Source: Alphaproteobacteria bacterium (GTDB lineage: Bacteria > Pseudomonadota > Alphaproteobacteria > JAAXGF01). Taken from it: a stretch of DNA of 64,000 bases. Below the pieces are notes generated by a model. It was not told where the DNA came from and did no database searches. It saw nothing but the letters and a program-made list of their open reading frames with translations. The stretch spans positions 1,600,001-1,664,000 of the forward strand of contig CAUVXB020000001.1 in assembly GCA_963555825.3 (NCBI GenBank), read 5' to 3'. The stretch's first letter is position 1. Every line of letters starts with the position of its first letter. This document shows positions 9,908-22,419 of this stretch, in pieces. A program made the translations under genes and the position numbers.

Positions 9908-10926
9908 GCGGTAATGCGTTCGTAGAAGTTCAGGTAGCGGCGAATGATCGCCGCCTCGGTGTAATCCGCCTCGAACGCCGCGCGCCCGCCATCGATCAAG
10001 CGCGTCGCCAATTCATCATCGTCGACGATGCGACGAATGGCCGCCGCCAGCGCCTCGGCGTCGTCGATCGGCGCCAAGAGCCCGCTTAGCCCCTCCTCGA
10101 TCAGGCTCGCCGGCCCCGAGGCCGTCGTCGAGACGATCGGCGTCCGGTGCACCCAGGCTTCGAGGATGATATTGCCGAACGGCTCGATGCGCGAGCTGCA
10201 GACGAACACATCGGCCGCCGCCAGAAGTGCGGGGACATCGTCACGCCAGCCGATGAAGCGCAGCCTGTCGATGACGCCGAGGCGCGCGGCCTGGTCCGTG
10301 AGGTCGCGTTCGAGGGCGCCGACGCCGCCAATCCAGAGATAGGCCTCGGGGAGCCGGACCAACCCGTCGATCAAGATGTCGAACGCCTTATTGCGGTGCA
10401 GCCGGCCGAGGGCGAGCAGCAACGGCGCATCGGCCGGCGTGTCGAACGTCGCGCGCGACACCGCCGGCGCTGGATCGTCGGGGACGAAATTGGGCAGCAC
10501 ATGCACGCGGTCGTCCGGCCAGCCGCCATCGCGCACGTAAGCGGCGATATGCTCGGTCGTCACGATCAGGTGGTCGCAGTTGCGATAATATTTGAGGTTG
10601 TAGTAGCCGGCGAGGCGCCCGGCATGAACGAACCCACCGCGCGGACAGAACCGCGTCGCCCGGTTCATCGAGGTGAACACGACGTCGGGGGCAAACCGCC
10701 GCACGAGGGATCGGAATGCCAGGCCGGTGCGCAAATCGAGCGCGCCGCCGAACGGCACCTCGATTGGCTCGACGCCGCCCGCGCTGAGCCGCGCCGCCCG
10801 GCGCGCATCGCGGCGGATGACGACCATTTGTTCGAGGCCGGCCCGCGACATGCCGAGGACGAGGTTCTCGAAGAACGCCTCCGCGCCACCGAACTCGGCG
10901 CCCGCCATGGCGTGGACGACGCGCAT
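9904..10926 (-). CDS. Glycosyltransferase family 4
   Basis: MRVVHAMAGAEFGGAE, LGRLHRNKAFD, SRIEPFGNIILEAW. Confidence 0.9.
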   Translation of the reverse strand: MRVVHAMAGAEFGGAEAFFENLVLGMSRAGLEQMVVIRRDARRAARLSAGGVEPIEVPFGGALDLRTGLAFRSLVRRFAPDVVFTSMNRATRFCPRGGFVHAGRLAGYYNLKYYRNCDHLIVTTEHIAAYVRDGGWPDDRVHVLPNFVPDDPAPAVSRATFDTPADAPLLLALGRLHRNKAFDILIDGLVRLPEAYLWIGGVGALERDLTDQAARLGVIDRLRFIGWRDDVPALLAAADVFVCSSRIEPFGNIILEAWVHRTPIVSTTASGPASLIEEGLSGLLAPIDDAEALAAAIRRIVDDDELATRLIDGGRAAFEADYTEAAIIRRYLNFYERITA

Positions 10927-12152
10927 CAGCCCCGCTCGGCGTGCTGGTTGCCGCCCCACGTCGTCGTCGCGATGCAAATCGCGGCCATCAGCCAGGCGAC
11001 GGCGAGCCACCAGTTCTGCCACAGTCCAAAACCGATATTGGCGATCACCAGATAGGCGGTCACCATGGCGGCCACGACCGCAATTCTCGCCGGCGACAGG
11101 CTCGACCCGGCCAGGCCCTTGAACAGATTGCCCAGCAAGACGACAACGATCGCGACGCCGGGAATGCCCAGTTCGAGCCACAGTTGAAGCGCGGCGTTAT
11201 GCGGATGCAAAGGCATGGCCGGGGCAATGTTCGCCACCACCTGCGATCCACCGGCGATATCCCGCGAGGCATCGAGGCCCCAACCGAAAATCGGCCGCTC
11301 GGCAATTTTCTCGGCGGCGAACTGCCAGATGTACAAGCGGTGCTGCCAGTTCCGCGGCAGATCGCCGAACGTCGACGTGACCTGTTCGGGCGATATGACG
11401 TACGTCGTCAGGATCGGCGCCACGGCGACGGTCACGACGACAAAGACGCCGAGCACCGTGATCGCCGGCTTCGGCCGGTAACAGACGATGGCGAACACGC
11501 AACCCGCCACGCAAATCGCCAGCAAGGCGATCAAGGAGGGCGAAAAGTACAGGGCGGCGCCTGACGCCAAGCCGAACGCGACGGCCGCGGCCGGATTGAT
11601 ATTGCGCCAAATCACGTAGGCGCAAGGCCAGAAGAATATGGCGAATATCATCGTGCCGCGGCTGATCATGACCATCCTGACGTTATCCGCATCGGCCAAC
11701 AGACTGCGCAAAATTCTCGTTATCGCGACGTCCGTAACGATCTCGACAGCGAGCAGCGCGAGGAATGCCACGCCGCCGATCATCAGCGCTTTCTCGACCG
11801 CGCCGTGGCTTTGCGCAGCCAAATTCCGGGCGCATGACAAAAGCACCAGGCCGACCAGCGAAATGACGGCGAATCGCGCCCAGAGATCGAGACTCCCGAG
11901 AGGTTCCGGCGCCCAAGCCGCCGACAACAGCGACCACGCCAAGAGACCGCCGAGGATCAAGGCAAGAGGCGATCGGACGATCGCACGCAAATCCAATTGC
12001 GCGCGCGCTACCGCAGCCATGGCGACAGCCATCACAGCGAACAAAACGACCATGCCGTTCGGTGAAAATACGGAAATGAGTGGCAGCAGCAAAAGGCCGC
12101 AACTGAAAACCATAGACGATCGCGTTATACGATTATGTTGATCAAGACTCAT
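10926..12152 (-). CDS. O-antigen ligase family (WaaL-like) membrane protein
   Basis: Many TM segments; RLYIW..A..KI.ERPIFGWG and LHPHNAALQLWLELG motifs. Confidence 0.88.
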   Translation of the reverse strand: MSLDQHNRITRSSMVFSCGLLLLPLISVFSPNGMVVLFAVMAVAMAAVARAQLDLRAIVRSPLALILGGLLAWSLLSAAWAPEPLGSLDLWARFAVISLVGLVLLSCARNLAAQSHGAVEKALMIGGVAFLALLAVEIVTDVAITRILRSLLADADNVRMVMISRGTMIFAIFFWPCAYVIWRNINPAAAVAFGLASGAALYFSPSLIALLAICVAGCVFAIVCYRPKPAITVLGVFVVVTVAVAPILTTYVISPEQVTSTFGDLPRNWQHRLYIWQFAAEKIAERPIFGWGLDASRDIAGGSQVVANIAPAMPLHPHNAALQLWLELGIPGVAIVVVLLGNLFKGLAGSSLSPARIAVVAAMVTAYLVIANIGFGLWQNWWLAVAWLMAAICIATTTWGGNQHAERG

Positions 12153-12245
12153 CAAACAACGAACTGATAGATCATCGGCCAGGCCCCCATGGCCGCTCGC
12201 GCGAATGCGACGGTGCAACAGATAACACCGGTCCGACCATGAGGA

Positions 12246-12283
12246 AAGCCGTCTCTATGGGTCTTTATCACCGATCCTTGGTA
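12246..12283. repeat. Solitary right end of the MITE found at 59629-59908
   Basis: AAGCCGTCTCTATGGGTCTTTATCACCGATCCTTGGTA, 2 mismatches to 59871-59908. Confidence 0.8.
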
Positions 12284-12306
12284 TAAAGTCCGAGAATGTA
12301 CCAGCG

Positions 12307-12984
12307 GTGAGGCGAGACGTGGACGACAGCGAGAACAAGCAGACGGAACGCGAGCGGTTGGCCGAATGGCACCGTTATTATTCGGCCAAGCGGATCGGCC
12401 AGCAATGGACCCAGGTCCATCTGCTGAAAGACCTTCCGGTTCAAACGGTGCTCGAGGTTGGACCTTACATGGGGTTGGCCACCGCGATGATGGACAATGC
12501 CGGTTATGACGTCACCACGCTCGACCTCGTGGCGCGCCCCTTCGAGCGGCCGGCGCGGCCGCATATCCGCGCCAATCTGCTCGAAATCGAGCCCGACGCC
12601 ATCGCCGGCTTCGACGCAATTGTCTGCTGCGAAACCCTCGAGCACCTGCCGTGGTGCGATGTCGACCGAGTCCTGGAGACGTTTCGCGCCAGCGGCGCCA
12701 AGCACCTGATCGTCTCGGTACCCTATTCGGCATTCCAGATCGACCTATCGCTCTACTTCAACCGGTACCGTTTCCGCCAGGGCTTCGCCTTCAAGAAGCT
12801 GCGCTTTCTCAAATCATTCACGCCCGACGTCGACCCCCTCGGCCACAAATGGGAGGTCGGCTATCGAGGCTCCAGCCTGACCGCTTGGGAGGCGAAGCTC
12901 AGGGGCGCCGGGTGGCGCATAATGCAGCGCGAGTTCACCAATCCGACGCGCTCGGTGTTCCACGTCCTGGGGCCGTCGGCATGA
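12307..12984 (+). CDS. Class I SAM-dependent methyltransferase
   Basis: VLEVGPYMG, FDAIVCCETLEHL, LIVSVP. Confidence 0.8.
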   Translation: MRRDVDDSENKQTERERLAEWHRYYSAKRIGQQWTQVHLLKDLPVQTVLEVGPYMGLATAMMDNAGYDVTTLDLVARPFERPARPHIRANLLEIEPDAIAGFDAIVCCETLEHLPWCDVDRVLETFRASGAKHLIVSVPYSAFQIDLSLYFNRYRFRQGFAFKKLRFLKSFTPDVDPLGHKWEVGYRGSSLTAWEAKLRGAGWRIMQREFTNPTRSVFHVLGPSA

Positions 12985-13001
12985 TCCGGATTTAGTGTCT
13001 C

Positions 13002-13745
13002 ATGGATAATCGCTTCGTCATCGTCACGCCGGGCCGCACGGGGTCCTCGTTGCTGGCCGCGATGCTTTCCGATTCGGGCGCCGATTTCGGCATCGGCGCC
13101 AAGGACTGGAGCGAATCGGAAGGCGCCTTCGAGCATCCCGATCTGGTCGCCGCCGCTCGCAGCTTCTCGAAGGCCCGCCAACTCGGCATCGATCGACCCT
13201 TGGCGCCGAAGAAATACCTGTGGGACATCCATCGTCACATGGGCAAAGCGCGGCACAAGCAATTCGTTCGCCGTTTCGAATACCTCAAGGGGCCCGACCT
13301 CGACCTGATCGTCAGGCCGATGTTCAACCTGGGCTATTTTCCCCGGGTGATCGTCAATTTCAGAGCCTTCTTCGACCAGGCGCAAAGCCTCTACATGCGA
13401 AGCGCGCATCATAGCTTCGAAGCGCTTCACGAGCGGTACTGTCGCATCGCATCCGACGCGTTGCTGCAGCTCGCCACCTTCGGTGGCTGCGTGATCGATT
13501 ACGAAGACATCGTCGACCCGGCGAACGACGATTGGATCGGCAACCTCGCGGCGCTCACCGGATTGGATGCCGACCGGCTTCGCGAGGCGCGCGGGGAGCG
13601 AGTGAAGGCCCGCCCCCGAGAAGAGCCCGGCTATCAAATGGACTGCCGGGCGTCACGGCTCTACGCCGACATCCGTGGATTGAAGGGGACGGTTGTGGAA
13701 CCGAGCCGCGCGGCGCTGCGTCACTTCACGAAACAGCCGGACTGA
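13002..13745 (+). CDS. Putative sulfotransferase-like (P-loop) protein
   Basis: N-terminal FVIVTPGRTGSSLL resembles the PAPS 5'-PSB loop; IDYEDIV motif. Confidence 0.55.
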   Translation: MDNRFVIVTPGRTGSSLLAAMLSDSGADFGIGAKDWSESEGAFEHPDLVAAARSFSKARQLGIDRPLAPKKYLWDIHRHMGKARHKQFVRRFEYLKGPDLDLIVRPMFNLGYFPRVIVNFRAFFDQAQSLYMRSAHHSFEALHERYCRIASDALLQLATFGGCVIDYEDIVDPANDDWIGNLAALTGLDADRLREARGERVKARPREEPGYQMDCRASRLYADIRGLKGTVVEPSRAALRHFTKQPD

Positions 13746-13756
13746 CGGTCGGCGCG

Positions 13757-14512
13757 TCACGAGTCCTCGAGCCGCGCCTTGAGGTGCGACAACAGGGGAT
13801 AGAGGCCGGCGAACAGCGCGATGAGAAAGCCATAGGCCCCCTCGCGGTACCCTTTGCGAAAGACGTAGCACTTTATGAAGCGCGAGAAGAACCGGCGCAG
13901 GTTGTTGGCCAAGCCGCCGACCGCGCCGCTGTCGCGCAGGTCGCGCGCGCGCTGGGTCGAATAACGGTCGAGCCGCTCGATCATGTCCGAGATGTCGCGA
14001 TCGACATAATGCACCATCGGCGAGGCCAGCCGGCGCCGTTCGCCCTCGAGCGTGGTTGGCGGGTGAATGCGTTGGTCGCCCCAGCGCTTGGCGCCGCGGC
14101 TGAACAGCCGTTCCGTCGACGCAACACCCCACGACGCGCCCCAGCCATAGCGCACCAGGCGATCGCCGATGTAATTGGCGTAAGGGATCAGGAAGTAGCC
14201 GGGTGCGGCATCGGCGATGGCCGAGCGGACTTCGGACGCCAGCTCCGGCGTCACGCGCTCATCGGCGTCGACCTCGAGGATCCAATCGCTCCGGCACGCG
14301 TCGATACCGGTGTTGCGGCGCGGCCCCTCGATCGCCCATGCACCTTCGACCACCCGGTCGGTGTAGCGCGCGGCGATGGCCTTCGAGCCGTCGGTGCAGC
14401 GATCGAGCACGACGACGAGTTCATCGGCGAAGCGGAGACCGTCGAGGCACGCGGCGAGCTGATCCTCCTCATTATGCGCGACAACCAGCGCGGAAAGCGT
14501 CGGCGCGCTCAC
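13757..14512 (-). CDS. Glycosyltransferase family 2 (WaaE/KdtX-like)
   Basis: LSALVVAHNEE, DRCTDGS, WILEVDADE, GYREGAYGF; GTG start overlapping upstream stop. Confidence 0.9.
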   Translation of the reverse strand: MSAPTLSALVVAHNEEDQLAACLDGLRFADELVVVLDRCTDGSKAIAARYTDRVVEGAWAIEGPRRNTGIDACRSDWILEVDADERVTPELASEVRSAIADAAPGYFLIPYANYIGDRLVRYGWGASWGVASTERLFSRGAKRWGDQRIHPPTTLEGERRRLASPMVHYVDRDISDMIERLDRYSTQRARDLRDSGAVGGLANNLRRFFSRFIKCYVFRKGYREGAYGFLIALFAGLYPLLSHLKARLEDS

Positions 14513-15468
14513 GGCCGACCGCTGCTGCAGCGTCGCCACAGGGCGCTCGCGGCCTCTTCGACGGCGTCGACGCTCAGGCTGTCCATCAGTGTGCCGGTGG
14601 TCAGGCGGTCGTAGTCGGGCGGAAACAGTTTCTCATAGGCGATGCTAGCACACGCGACGGCGCCGCGCGGACCCCAGGGCGCGTAGTTCTCGGGCCGGCT
14701 CGGGCCGAACAGCCCGAGCGTCGGCGCCCCCGCCGCCGCGGCGATATGCATCAGTCCCGAATCGTTGCCGACGTAAAGGTCGCAGCGGCTGAGCGCCGCC
14801 GCCGCGGTGGTCAGATCGACCGCGCCGATCAGGTCGATCAAGCAGCCGGCCGGCACGGCGTCGAGCACTGGCTGGGCCAACGCGCGTTCGGCAGCGGCAG
14901 CGAAGACGGCGACCCGCGCGTCCGGCAGGATGCCGTCCGGCGCCGTCAGGCGATCGATCAGGGCGGCGAAGTTTTCGGCGCGCCAGATCTTGCCCAGCCA
15001 GTTCGCCGTCGGACCGAGCGCCAGCACGGGCCCGCCGTCGGGCACCAGGCGCGCGGCTTCCGCCTCGTTCTCGGGCGAGGTCCAGATCCGCGGCGCCGGC
15101 GGTTCGGGCAGGCCGAAGGCGCGCGCGAGGTCGACCAAGCGATGCGCATTGCCGTCGCCGCGGCGATAAACCATGCGCCGGCGCGCCGCCAGCAGATAGG
15201 CGAGCGCCGAGCCGCGCATATCGACGACCAGGTCCCAGCGCGTCGGGCAGCATCGACGCCAGAGATCGAGCCAGTGGAGCGAGGCGGCGCGCTTGACCAC
15301 GGGAATGCGGCGCACCACCTGGGGCATGGCGGCGAACAGCGGCATGGCGAGCGGGCCGCAGGCGATCGTGATGCGCGCGTCGGCGTGGCGCTCGATGAGG
15401 TCGGCGAGCAGCCCGGTGGTCAGCACCGCGTCGCCGATCCGCGTCGAGCCGACGAACAGGACGTTCAC
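14509..15468 (-). CDS. Glycosyltransferase family 9
   Basis: TRIGDAVL, GKIW, GNDSGLMHIAAA. Confidence 0.9.
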   Translation of the reverse strand: MNVLFVGSTRIGDAVLTTGLLADLIERHADARITIACGPLAMPLFAAMPQVVRRIPVVKRAASLHWLDLWRRCCPTRWDLVVDMRGSALAYLLAARRRMVYRRGDGNAHRLVDLARAFGLPEPPAPRIWTSPENEAEAARLVPDGGPVLALGPTANWLGKIWRAENFAALIDRLTAPDGILPDARVAVFAAAAERALAQPVLDAVPAGCLIDLIGAVDLTTAAAALSRCDLYVGNDSGLMHIAAAAGAPTLGLFGPSRPENYAPWGPRGAVACASIAYEKLFPPDYDRLTTGTLMDSLSVDAVEEAASALWRRCSSGRP

Positions 15469-16496
15469 GAAAAGAGCGCCGCGAACTCCGCCGCCGCAGC
15501 CTCCCAGTCGCGGCCCCGCTGTCGGTTGCGGGCCTCGTCGCTGCGGCCTCTGAAAATCTGGTCGTAATGGAGGAGCAACATGGCGCAGTTGGCGAACGCC
15601 TCGTCGTCGGGCACCAGGAACCCTGATTCATTGTTGTGGATTCGCTCGGTGACGGCGTTGAACTGGCGCGACACGGCCGGCAGCCCGACCGCCTGCGATT
15701 CGGCCAGCGTCGAGCAATACACCTCGCTCGCAGCGCCGGGATACAGATGCACGCGCGCCGCGCGATAGGCGTCGGCCATGTCCGGGTCGGCGCGCGGGCG
15801 ATGCACGACGACGCCGTCGGCCGCGGCCGCGCGCACGCGCTCGAACAGGGGATAGATATTGCCGGCCACATCGCCGCCCAGCATGCCCTTGTCCAGTGTC
15901 GCCGAGTAGATGTGCAGCTCCGCCTCGGGCACCCGCTTCCTGAGGTCGCCAATCCACAATTGGAGCAACCAGTCGAGATCCATCAGCGGATGAGTCGTGA
16001 CGACGGCGCGCGGCGGATGCGCCGCGGCCATCGGCTCGGCCTCAAGGTAGTGGCCGCGCACCCCGGGCGCGACGATGACGGCGCGCTCGGCGAACGAATC
16101 GGGGCAGGTCGCGCGATGCGCCTCGCCGGCGAAGACGAGCGGAACGTCGGCATGGCGCGCGAGGATCTCGCGGTTCGCCTTGGAGGCCAGATGGCCCGCC
16201 GGGTTGGCGAGCCACAGGATGCGCCGCTTGGCGGTGATCGGCAGATCGAGCAGCGCCGGTTTGCGGTAGGCGATCAGCACGTCGCATGCGGTCGGATGCG
16301 GCCCGTCCCAGGGCAGCCACTTGACGTTCTCGGCGGTCACCGCGAAGCTGCAGCGGTTGAACGCGCGCACGTCGTGGCCGGCCCGCGCGAGCGCGCCCGG
16401 CAGGCTGGCGAAGTTCTTCTCGATGCCGCCAAGCGGCTGGCTCGCCGGCGTGTAGCCGTCGAAGGGCACCGAATCGTCGATCAGCAGGACATCCAT
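15465..16496 (-). CDS. Glycosyltransferase (GT-B, family 4-like)
   Basis: LGGIE; EVYCSTLAESQAVGLPAV (E-x7-E); start MDVLLIDD. Confidence 0.8.
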   Translation of the reverse strand: MDVLLIDDSVPFDGYTPASQPLGGIEKNFASLPGALARAGHDVRAFNRCSFAVTAENVKWLPWDGPHPTACDVLIAYRKPALLDLPITAKRRILWLANPAGHLASKANREILARHADVPLVFAGEAHRATCPDSFAERAVIVAPGVRGHYLEAEPMAAAHPPRAVVTTHPLMDLDWLLQLWIGDLRKRVPEAELHIYSATLDKGMLGGDVAGNIYPLFERVRAAAADGVVVHRPRADPDMADAYRAARVHLYPGAASEVYCSTLAESQAVGLPAVSRQFNAVTERIHNNESGFLVPDDEAFANCAMLLLHYDQIFRGRSDEARNRQRGRDWEAAAAEFAALFS

Positions 16497-16615
16497 GGCG
16501 CGACGGTTATACGCCGCGATCTTTCGACTTGCCAAGCGGCACGACCGGCTTTGCCAAAGCGCCAAGATGATGCGAGACTCGCGACCATGGAAAACATCAT
16601 GACGGAGCATCGGCC

Positions 16616-17512
16616 GTGACGGCGCCGCGGTACGCGTTGCTGCCCGGCCGCGCCGTGCTCGCGATCGAGGGCGAGGACGCGCGCGACCTGTTGCAGGGGC
16701 TGATCTCGAACGACGTCGAGCGGCTCGCGCCCGACCACGCGATCTATGCCACCCTGCTGACGCCCCAGGGCAAATTCCTGCACGACTTCTTCATCGCCGA
16801 GCGTAGCGACCGCTTGTTGGTCGATTGCGAGGCCGATCGGCGCGATGACCTGGAGCGCCGGCTCACCTTCTACCGGCTGCGCGCCAAGGTGGCCTTCGCC
16901 GCCGACGATGATTGCGTGGTCGCGGCGCTGTGGGGCGACGGCGCGGCCCAGGCGACCGGCCTCGCCGAGGCCGAGGGCAGCGCGGGTCGCCTCGCCGGCG
17001 GCGTCGCCTATGTCGATCCGAGGCTCGCCGCGGCCGGCGCCCGTGCCTTCCTGCCGCGCCGCTCCGCCGCCGAGGCGCTCGAGGCCGCTGGCTTCGCTCC
17101 GGCGACGGCCGAGGACTACGACCGCGTCCGCCTGTCGCTCGCGCTACCCGACGGTAGCCGCGACATTGCCGTCGAGAAGAGCTTCTTGCTCGAGAACGGC
17201 GTCGACGATCTCAACGGCGTTGATTTCGACAAGGGCTGCTACGTCGGCCAGGAGCTGACCGCGCGCACCAAGCACCGCGCGACGATCCGCAAGCGACTCT
17301 ACCGGGTCGACGTCGACGGCGCCCTGCCCGACCCCGGTACGCCGATCACGGTCGATGGCCGCGCGGCCGGCGTCATGCGCTCGGGCCGCGACAACATCGG
17401 CCTCGCGCTGTTGCGCGTCGAGCTCATCGCCAAGGCGGCCGAGGCCGGCATCCCGCTAACCTGCGGCGACGCCCGCCTCACCCCAGTCAAGCCCGACTGG
17501 GCGACGTTCTAG
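16616..17512 (+). CDS. ygfZ: Folate-binding Fe-S/tRNA-modification protein YgfZ
   Basis: Signature FDKGCYVGQE; LLTPQGKF. Confidence 0.92.
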   Translation: MTAPRYALLPGRAVLAIEGEDARDLLQGLISNDVERLAPDHAIYATLLTPQGKFLHDFFIAERSDRLLVDCEADRRDDLERRLTFYRLRAKVAFAADDDCVVAALWGDGAAQATGLAEAEGSAGRLAGGVAYVDPRLAAAGARAFLPRRSAAEALEAAGFAPATAEDYDRVRLSLALPDGSRDIAVEKSFLLENGVDDLNGVDFDKGCYVGQELTARTKHRATIRKRLYRVDVDGALPDPGTPITVDGRAAGVMRSGRDNIGLALLRVELIAKAAEAGIPLTCGDARLTPVKPDWATF

Positions 17513-17555
17513 CGTCAATCGACAAACCGGATGCATCAATCACACTTCCAACCAA

Positions 17556-17576
17556 AAATGGTGTCAGACACCATTT
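17556..17576. repeat. REP-like palindrome, copy 1
   Basis: AAATGGTGTC-A-GACACCATTT. Confidence 0.7.
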
Positions 17577-17600
17577 CTAACCGGTTTTACTGGCTTATTT

Positions 17601-19183
17601 GTAACTGCCCAGGTAGCCGATGGCCGAGCGGCTGGATAGGACGGACGGGCAGATTTTGTAGGTTTGATGGACTGAATGCCTAGGTTTTGATTGACAAGCA
17701 GGGGGTGATGCGATTCAAGAATCCAATGAATCGTGAAGCCCTTGCCCTCTTGTCGAAAGACGAACTGATCGATTTGGTGCTGTCTCTGGCGGCACGGCTC
17801 GACGAACTCGAGCGCCGGCTCGGCCTGAACAGCACCAACAGCGGCAAGCCGCCGTCCAGCGATGGACTGAGCAAGCCGCCGGCGGGGAAGCAGAAGCGGC
17901 GGCGCACCGGGAGCCTGCGCGAGAAGTCGGGCCGCAAGCCGGGCGGGCAGAAGGGCCACGAGGGCGAGACCCTGCGCCAAGTCGCCGAACCCGACGCGAT
18001 TACCGATCATTATCCCGAGACCTGCCCGAACTGTGGTTCGGGATTGACGCCGGAGATGTCCACCGGCCATGGCGCCCGCCAGGTTTTCGATCTGCCCGAG
18101 CCCCGGCCCCTGGTGGTCATGGAGCATCGGGCGCATCGTTGCCGTTGCGGGCTATGTGGCAGGCAAACCAGGGCCGCCTTTCCCGCTGGCGTCACCGGCC
18201 CGGTGCGGTATGGCGCGCGGATCGGGGCCATGGTGGTCTACCTGTCGCACTACCAGCTCTTGCCCGAAGATCGTCTGGCCGAGTTGATGGCGGATCTGTT
18301 CGCCGTCGCCCTGGTTCCGGCGACCGTCGCGCGGATGGGCCGAAGCCGCGCCCGGCGCTTCGAAGGCGTCGTCGAGGTGATCCGCGACTTGGTGAAATCG
18401 GCGCCGGTCAAGCACATGGACGAGACCGGCTTGCGGGTCGGCGGGCGGACCCAATGGCTGCACGTCGCCTCGAGTGCCGGGCTGACCTTCTACCGGGTCT
18501 CGGCCGGGCGCGGCAGCCTGCTCGATGGCGTCGCCGGCATCGTCGTGCACGACCACTGGAAGCCGTACTTCACGATGCAAGGCGTGGACCATGCGCTGTG
18601 CAACGCCCATCACCTTCGAGAGTTGCAAGCCCTGATCGAGATCGAGAAGGAAGGCTGGGCGCGCAAGATGCAAAGGCTGCTCCGCCGTGCCTGCCACGCG
18701 GCAAACCTCGCCCGGGAGCGGGGCGTGGCGCTGCAACCGAGCCTCGTCGAAGGCTTCCGACGATGGTGGGACGCCATCACGGCCGAGGGCATCCGCTTTC
18801 ACGAGGCCCAGCCCCCGCTCGGCCCCGCACCGGCCGAGGGCCAGGCCAAGCGCCGTGGACGCAAGCCGCGCCGTACCGGCCACAACCTTCTCCTACGTCT
18901 TCAGGCGCGCAAGGAAGACGCGCTACGCTTCCTCGCCAACCTCGCCGTGCCCTTCACCAACAATCAGGCCGAGCAGGACGTGCGCATGGCGAAGCTCAAG
19001 CAGAAAATCTCCGGCGGCTTCCGATCCGAACAAGGGGCGAACGACTTCGCGACCATCCGCGGCTTCATCTCGACCGCCAAAAAACAGGGCTGGAACATCA
19101 TTCCCGCGCTCATGGAAAATCCCGAAACCCTGATCGCTCGTCTCCGCGACGCTTGATAGGCCCAGACCTACCTGGGCAGTTAC
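17601..19183 (+). mobile_element. IS66 family element, single-ORF type
   Basis: IRs GTAACTGCCCAGGTAG / CTACCTGGGCAGTTAC; 8-bp TSD GCTTATTT (17593-17600, 19184-19191). Confidence 0.95.
17726..19156 (+). CDS. IS66 family transposase
   Basis: NSTNSGKPPSSD, GGQKGHEG, Zn finger CPNCG, HMDETG, CNAHHLREL, FTNNQAEQDVR. Confidence 0.95.
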   Translation: MNREALALLSKDELIDLVLSLAARLDELERRLGLNSTNSGKPPSSDGLSKPPAGKQKRRRTGSLREKSGRKPGGQKGHEGETLRQVAEPDAITDHYPETCPNCGSGLTPEMSTGHGARQVFDLPEPRPLVVMEHRAHRCRCGLCGRQTRAAFPAGVTGPVRYGARIGAMVVYLSHYQLLPEDRLAELMADLFAVALVPATVARMGRSRARRFEGVVEVIRDLVKSAPVKHMDETGLRVGGRTQWLHVASSAGLTFYRVSAGRGSLLDGVAGIVVHDHWKPYFTMQGVDHALCNAHHLRELQALIEIEKEGWARKMQRLLRRACHAANLARERGVALQPSLVEGFRRWWDAITAEGIRFHEAQPPLGPAPAEGQAKRRGRKPRRTGHNLLLRLQARKEDALRFLANLAVPFTNNQAEQDVRMAKLKQKISGGFRSEQGANDFATIRGFISTAKKQGWNIIPALMENPETLIARLRDA

Positions 19184-19200
19184 GCTTATTTCAAAAATAT

Positions 19201-19221
19201 AAATGGTGTCAGACACCGTTA
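19201..19221. repeat. REP-like palindrome, copy 2
   Basis: AAATGGTGTCAGACACCGTT, near-identical to 17556-17576. Confidence 0.7.
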
Positions 19222-19259
19222 TTTATAATGTCCCCCCGTGCGCCTCTACGCAGACGTTC

Positions 19260-19679
19260 CTAAATCTTCGCCTTGATGCGCTCGGCGGTGGCGGCGATGG
19301 CGGCCATGTCGCCGGGCACAATCGGCCAGTTCATGTTCAGGCCATCGTCGATCCGTCGCGGGATGACATGCATGTGGAAGTGCTGGACGCTCTGGGCGGC
19401 GGCCTCGCCGTTGCATTGCAGGAGGTTGAGGCCGGGCGGCTCGAGCGCCGCCTGGACCGCTTGCGCGACCTTGCGCGCCGTCGCGGACACCGCGCCGATG
19501 GCGTCTTCCGAGACCGCGACCACATCGGCGAAATGCGTCCTGGGGATGACCAGCACGTGGCCGTCGCCGACCGGGTTGATGTCCATGAAGGCCAGCGTCG
19601 CTTCGTCGTCGTAGACCTTGAAGCAGGGTATCTCGCCAGCGACGATCTTGCAGAAGATGCAGTCGACATCAGCGTTCAT
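19260..19679 (-). CDS. HIT family nucleotide hydrolase
   Basis: DCIFCKIVAGEIP; triad HFHMHVIPR. Confidence 0.93.
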   Translation of the reverse strand: MNADVDCIFCKIVAGEIPCFKVYDDEATLAFMDINPVGDGHVLVIPRTHFADVVAVSEDAIGAVSATARKVAQAVQAALEPPGLNLLQCNGEAAAQSVQHFHMHVIPRRIDDGLNMNWPIVPGDMAAIAATAERIKAKI

Positions 19680-19745
19680 GGCCGGGCTCCTCTCTGGTCG
19701 CGACAGCGCAAGGCACACCGAATCTGAAAGCTAACCACATGTGGT

Positions 19746-22412
<2,667 letters not shown>

Positions 22413-22419
22413 CGCGTGG

